Source of the DNA: a phage
DNA length: 49,713 nucleotides
Reading direction: 5' to 3' (one strand)
Sequence record: NC_130088.1
The notes below the pieces were generated by a model. It saw only the letters and a list, made by a program, of their open reading frames with translations, ran no database searches and had not been told where the DNA came from. Shown here in pieces: positions 46,950 through 49,713 of this stretch (positions are counted from its first letter, which is position 1; every line of letters starts with the position of its first letter). Both the position numbers and the translations under genes were made by a program.

Positions 46950-47191
46950 ATAGAAAAATGCTGGTACGCGCATTCGCGAAGATTGCTAAAAGATGGGGTG
47001 ATTCAGCTAAAACACCTTACACGTTTAGTATGTACGGTTACAAGAATGCTCGCGCATGGGGTCGCATCATTGCAGATAACTATGAATCCGAAATGCTGGA
47101 TGCTTACGCAAGCTGGATTGATACGCCGCTAAATGAATGGGGCCAGGCTGAATATGATTGTTTTGCTGATGAAGAAATTTCTTGTTGGTAA
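46946..47191 (+). CDS. Hypothetical protein
   Basis: 81 aa. Confidence 0.4.
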   Translation: MNRKMLVRAFAKIAKRWGDSAKTPYTFSMYGYKNARAWGRIIADNYESEMLDAYASWIDTPLNEWGQAEYDCFADEEISCW

Positions 47192-47203
47192 GGAGAACAA
47201 AAT

Positions 47204-47701
47204 ATGAAAGCTAAAAATGATTTTTATAACTACCTGACAAAAGGCCGTGACTATACCGTTTTGAATAGCATAGATACTCTTTACCTGGTTGTTGCTGATA
47301 ATGGCGTTAGAGTTTGGCTTGATAAAACTCTTTTCGAAAGCGAGCACCTAAGTAACGCAAAGCGGATCGCAGATGAAGCAAGCGCATTAGCAGAGCGTGA
47401 ACGAATTCGCGATATAGTAGCGGAGCAGGTTAGAAATTCATGTTCACCTGGTGGCGATATCTTCAAATCAATGCGCGGTGAAATGACGGTTGGAATTCAA
47501 GATCGCGTAATTTCAAAGTCAGTTGATTCTGTAATTGAGAATGCGCGATTCAATGCGTTGATTAACTCAGAGCATAACGAATACGTCAAAGTATTAGAGC
47601 AACTGCGTGAAGTGCTGCGAGTGCCGGAAGGTGAAAATATAGTGACTCATGCAAAGGTTGTAAGAGCGTTGGCTGATGCGCTGATTGGCCTGCAAAAATA
47701 G
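47204..47701 (+). CDS. Hypothetical protein
   Basis: 165 aa, SD AAGGAG. Confidence 0.5.
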   Translation: MKAKNDFYNYLTKGRDYTVLNSIDTLYLVVADNGVRVWLDKTLFESEHLSNAKRIADEASALAERERIRDIVAEQVRNSCSPGGDIFKSMRGEMTVGIQDRVISKSVDSVIENARFNALINSEHNEYVKVLEQLREVLRVPEGENIVTHAKVVRALADALIGLQK

Positions 47702-47741
47702 CACTTTTTGTTAAAACTTCCGCGAGGGCATTTGTTAAAGT
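47699..47741 (+). promoter_or_regulatory. Conserved 19-bp box plus TAAAGT inside a hairpin (class-2 unit)
   Basis: Box starts at the TAG stop of the upstream gene. Confidence 0.5.
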
Positions 47742-47774
47742 GTCCTCATTGAAGCGAAACATGGAGATTACGAA

Positions 47775-47978
47775 ATGGCTGTATACACTGGCAAGATGTT
47801 TGAATGTCACAATCCGATTTACGGCGGCAACTATGAGCTAATCATTGATGATGATCGCGTTATTCTTGCTGATGATGACGCTGAAGAATATCACGAGGTT
47901 GTAGCGGATAAGTACGATAATGACGTTATGATCTTGGCAGGAAACAACCGCATCAAGTTTTACGCAGTGGAGGAATAA
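47775..47978 (+). CDS. Hypothetical protein
   Basis: 67 aa. Confidence 0.4.
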   Translation: MAVYTGKMFECHNPIYGGNYELIIDDDRVILADDDAEEYHEVVADKYDNDVMILAGNNRIKFYAVEE

Positions 47979-47981
47979 CAG

Positions 47982-48233
47982 ATGATCGCAATCAACCTAT
48001 CAGAAGAACAAGCGAAATCGTTGCTAAATAGCCTGGGATGGCGTTATGGCTCGGGTGAATATGAGCGATTGGATGTTAAAAGCGATGTTGCAAAAGAGGT
48101 TTTCATCCAGCTTGAGCAGCAATTAATGCCACGCTCAACAAGTGCGGCAGAGTTGGCAGTGTGGCGGCACGAAAACGGATTGAACGAAATGGATGTTGAA
48201 AAGTGGAAGCGTAAAAACGAGGTGTTAGCATGA
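47982..48233 (+). CDS. Hypothetical protein
   Basis: 83 aa, SD GGAGGA. Confidence 0.4.
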   Translation: MIAINLSEEQAKSLLNSLGWRYGSGEYERLDVKSDVAKEVFIQLEQQLMPRSTSAAELAVWRHENGLNEMDVEKWKRKNEVLA

Positions 48234-48556
48234 TTTACATTCACTCTTACGGCGTTGGCAAGTTTGGCAGAAAGCAGATCAGAAACATTCACGACACGTT
48301 AGAAGAAGCGCAAGCACAGCAACGCGTTTTAGGTGGAGTTGTTCAGGCTTTCGAACCAGTGGAAGATCTGGAAATGCAAGAGGCCATAAAGGAAATCGTT
48401 GTTGATGAAGTTTCATGTATAATCGACGAATTGAGCACTGACGCGCCAGGGTTCGCAAGAACATTTGAACCAGGCTCAACAGAATGGGATTGCTGGAAGG
48501 TGAAAACCTTAAACAACATTCGAGCAATCTTGGATGGAAAATTTAACGAAAATTGA
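48230..48556 (+). CDS. Hypothetical protein
   Basis: 108 aa. Confidence 0.4.
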   Translation: MIYIHSYGVGKFGRKQIRNIHDTLEEAQAQQRVLGGVVQAFEPVEDLEMQEAIKEIVVDEVSCIIDELSTDAPGFARTFEPGSTEWDCWKVKTLNNIRAILDGKFNEN

Positions 48557-48569
48557 TAGCTCAAATAGC

Positions 48570-48600
48570 GCCTCAATCGCATTATAAGAGGCGCATTTTT
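48570..48600 (+). terminator. Terminator hairpin (AGCGCCTC..GAGGCGC plus T6)
   Basis: Dyad plus T-run. Confidence 0.55.
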
Positions 48601-48615
48601 TAGGAAGGTGATTCT

Positions 48616-48744
48616 ATGCCTGAATACATAAAACCGTCGCAGTGGTGCGCACAGAAGCAAGAAGAAGCATTAGAGCGCGGCGACACTGACACAGCATTGC
48701 ACTACTTTGAAATGTTTCAACTTTGGAAATCAAGAGGACTTTAA
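48616..48744 (+). CDS. Small hypothetical protein (42 aa; below ORF-track cutoff)
   Basis: SD GGAAGGTG. Confidence 0.3.
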   Translation: MPEYIKPSQWCAQKQEEALERGDTDTALHYFEMFQLWKSRGL

Positions 48745-48745
48745 A

Positions 48746-48973
48746 ATGTTTGGACTTAATGAGGCTGAATACAACATTGTTAAACGCGCTGCAAAAGAGT
48801 GCATGAAGGATCTGAAAGTTGAAGTTACGAGCGGCAACAAATACGATCATATTGCGGCTGGCATTATCACCAAACATCACACGCCAATTTCTACCTTAAT
48901 CACTCGCACAAAGTTTGTATGGCTTGCTGGTTATATAGCTGGTCGATGGGGTAAGCCTGGCGAGTACGAATAA
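48746..48973 (+). CDS. Hypothetical protein
   Basis: 75 aa, SD AGAGGA. Confidence 0.4.
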   Translation: MFGLNEAEYNIVKRAAKECMKDLKVEVTSGNKYDHIAAGIITKHHTPISTLITRTKFVWLAGYIAGRWGKPGEYE

Positions 48974-49155
48974 TAAGCACTTGAATCAATGAAGGTTGAC
49001 GGCGTGTTGTATGATTGGTAGATTAAACGCCGTGAACATAAGAGGCTCAATAGAGCAAAGCGCGGCGCGTTAGCCGTAAAACTAAATCGGATTGGATCGC
49101 AAGGCGAATGACAATCGCGGGAACCGTAACCCGCAACCATTCAGGAGAATTCACA

Positions 49156-49317
49156 ATGCAAAACAAAGAAATCGCAAAGGTAACTATCATCGTCGAGCGT
49201 GACGGAAAGAAAACGCGATACAAGAAGCGATTTAAACAAGGCGAGGCGGTATTAGGCCGGATCGGTGATTTCATGGTGAAATTGCAAGAGGATAAGCCGG
49301 ATGGTATTCAAAGTTAA
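49156..49317 (+). CDS. Small hypothetical protein
   Basis: 53 aa from ATG after CAGGAG SD. Confidence 0.35.
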   Translation: MQNKEIAKVTIIVERDGKKTRYKKRFKQGEAVLGRIGDFMVKLQEDKPDGIQS

Positions 49318-49483
49318 GTTAACTATCAGGCGCATGGGTCGTAATTGCGGATCATGTAAACAAGATTTCGAATGCGAGGTTGCAGCATTTGACGAACATC
49401 ACGCCGTCAACCTTGCAAAGCGTTTATCTGGTGCTAACCCTGAAACGCACCAATTTTCAATCAACTATGTGAGGGCTATATAA
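49301..49483 (+). CDS. Small Cys-containing hypothetical protein (start uncertain)
   Basis: 60 aa with CGSC..C cluster. Confidence 0.3.
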   Translation: MVFKVKLTIRRMGRNCGSCKQDFECEVAAFDEHHAVNLAKRLSGANPETHQFSINYVRAI

Positions 49484-49713
49484 TGCTGATGTTCATTGCG
49501 GGTTTTGGTTTTTGTGCGATTATCTGTTTCTTTCTTTATCTTTGTGTTTCGTGGGGTGTGCAGCGTTGCGTAAAAGACAACGAATTAGTGATCGCCATTT
49601 ACGAAAACAAAACTGATAAATGGAAGATTACTAAAAACTTTGAAAAGATTGCTGATGAAATTGCATTTCGTCGCAAGTTTGGCAAGCCTGGAAGCATCAA
49701 GTATATTGATTGA
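49483..49713 (+). CDS. Small membrane protein (N-terminal TM helix)
   Basis: 76 aa; ends at the last base of the window. Confidence 0.4.
   Translation: MLMFIAGFGFCAIICFFLYLCVSWGVQRCVKDNELVIAIYENKTDKWKITKNFEKIADEIAFRRKFGKPGSIKYID

Noticed and set aside
21601-47741. Sigma54 (-24/-12) promoter interpretation of the conserved box (GCAC ... TTGCT)
   Set aside because: In the box the G of GCAC and the G of TTGC are 9 nt apart, not the 11 nt of the TGGCAC-N5-TTGC consensus, and GG is replaced by AG; sigma54 spacing is strict
21601-47741. CRISPR array formed by the repeated 19-bp box
   Set aside because: Copies are separated by whole genes (hundreds to thousands of bp) of irregular length, occur on both strands, and no cas genes are present
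1-49713. Temperate lifestyle elements (integrase, CI-like repressor, attachment site) and tRNA genes
   Set aside because: No tyrosine or serine recombinase-sized ORF with recognisable motifs, no repressor/Cro pair, and no cloverleaf-like tRNA sequence were seen; the genome looks virulent

Overview
The window reads as an essentially complete genome of a virulent T1-like siphovirus (about 49.7 kb); no integrase, repressor, tRNA or CRISPR array was found. All calls are from reading the sequence and ORF track by eye; no database search or folding was run. Layout: (1) 1-20.1 kb, + strand late module: small and large terminase, portal, Mu-F-like head morphogenesis protein, protease/scaffold, two paralogous small head-module genes, major capsid, head-tail joining genes, major tail, chaperones G/GT with a -1 frameshift, tape measure, lambda-like M-L-K-I-J tail tip genes. 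(2) 20.1-23.1 kb, + strand: strong sigma70-like early promoter, then exonuclease, Erf-like annealing protein and SSB. (3) 23.2-25.5 kb, - strand: separate tail-fibre cassette with a C-terminal chaperone domain. (4) 25.7-34 kb: primase, HTH protein, SF2 helicase, VRR-NUC nuclease, small lipoprotein, Dam-type methyltransferase, metallophosphoesterase, holin / SAR-endolysin / unimolecular-spanin lysis cassette. (5) 34-40.6 kb, - strand: operon of mostly unknown genes including a 526-aa protein and a cytosine-methyltransferase-like protein. (6) 40.6-41.3 kb: AT-rich non-coding control region. (7) 41.3-49.7 kb, + strand: about 28 small, tightly packed genes of unknown function plus a HAD phosphatase and a P-loop kinase. 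The most unusual signals are an 18-copy conserved 19-bp box fixed 21-22 bp upstream of a -10-like hexamer, a duplicated roughly 400-bp early control region at 20.1 and 40.9 kb, and a palindrome/iteron block at 40.6-40.8 kb.
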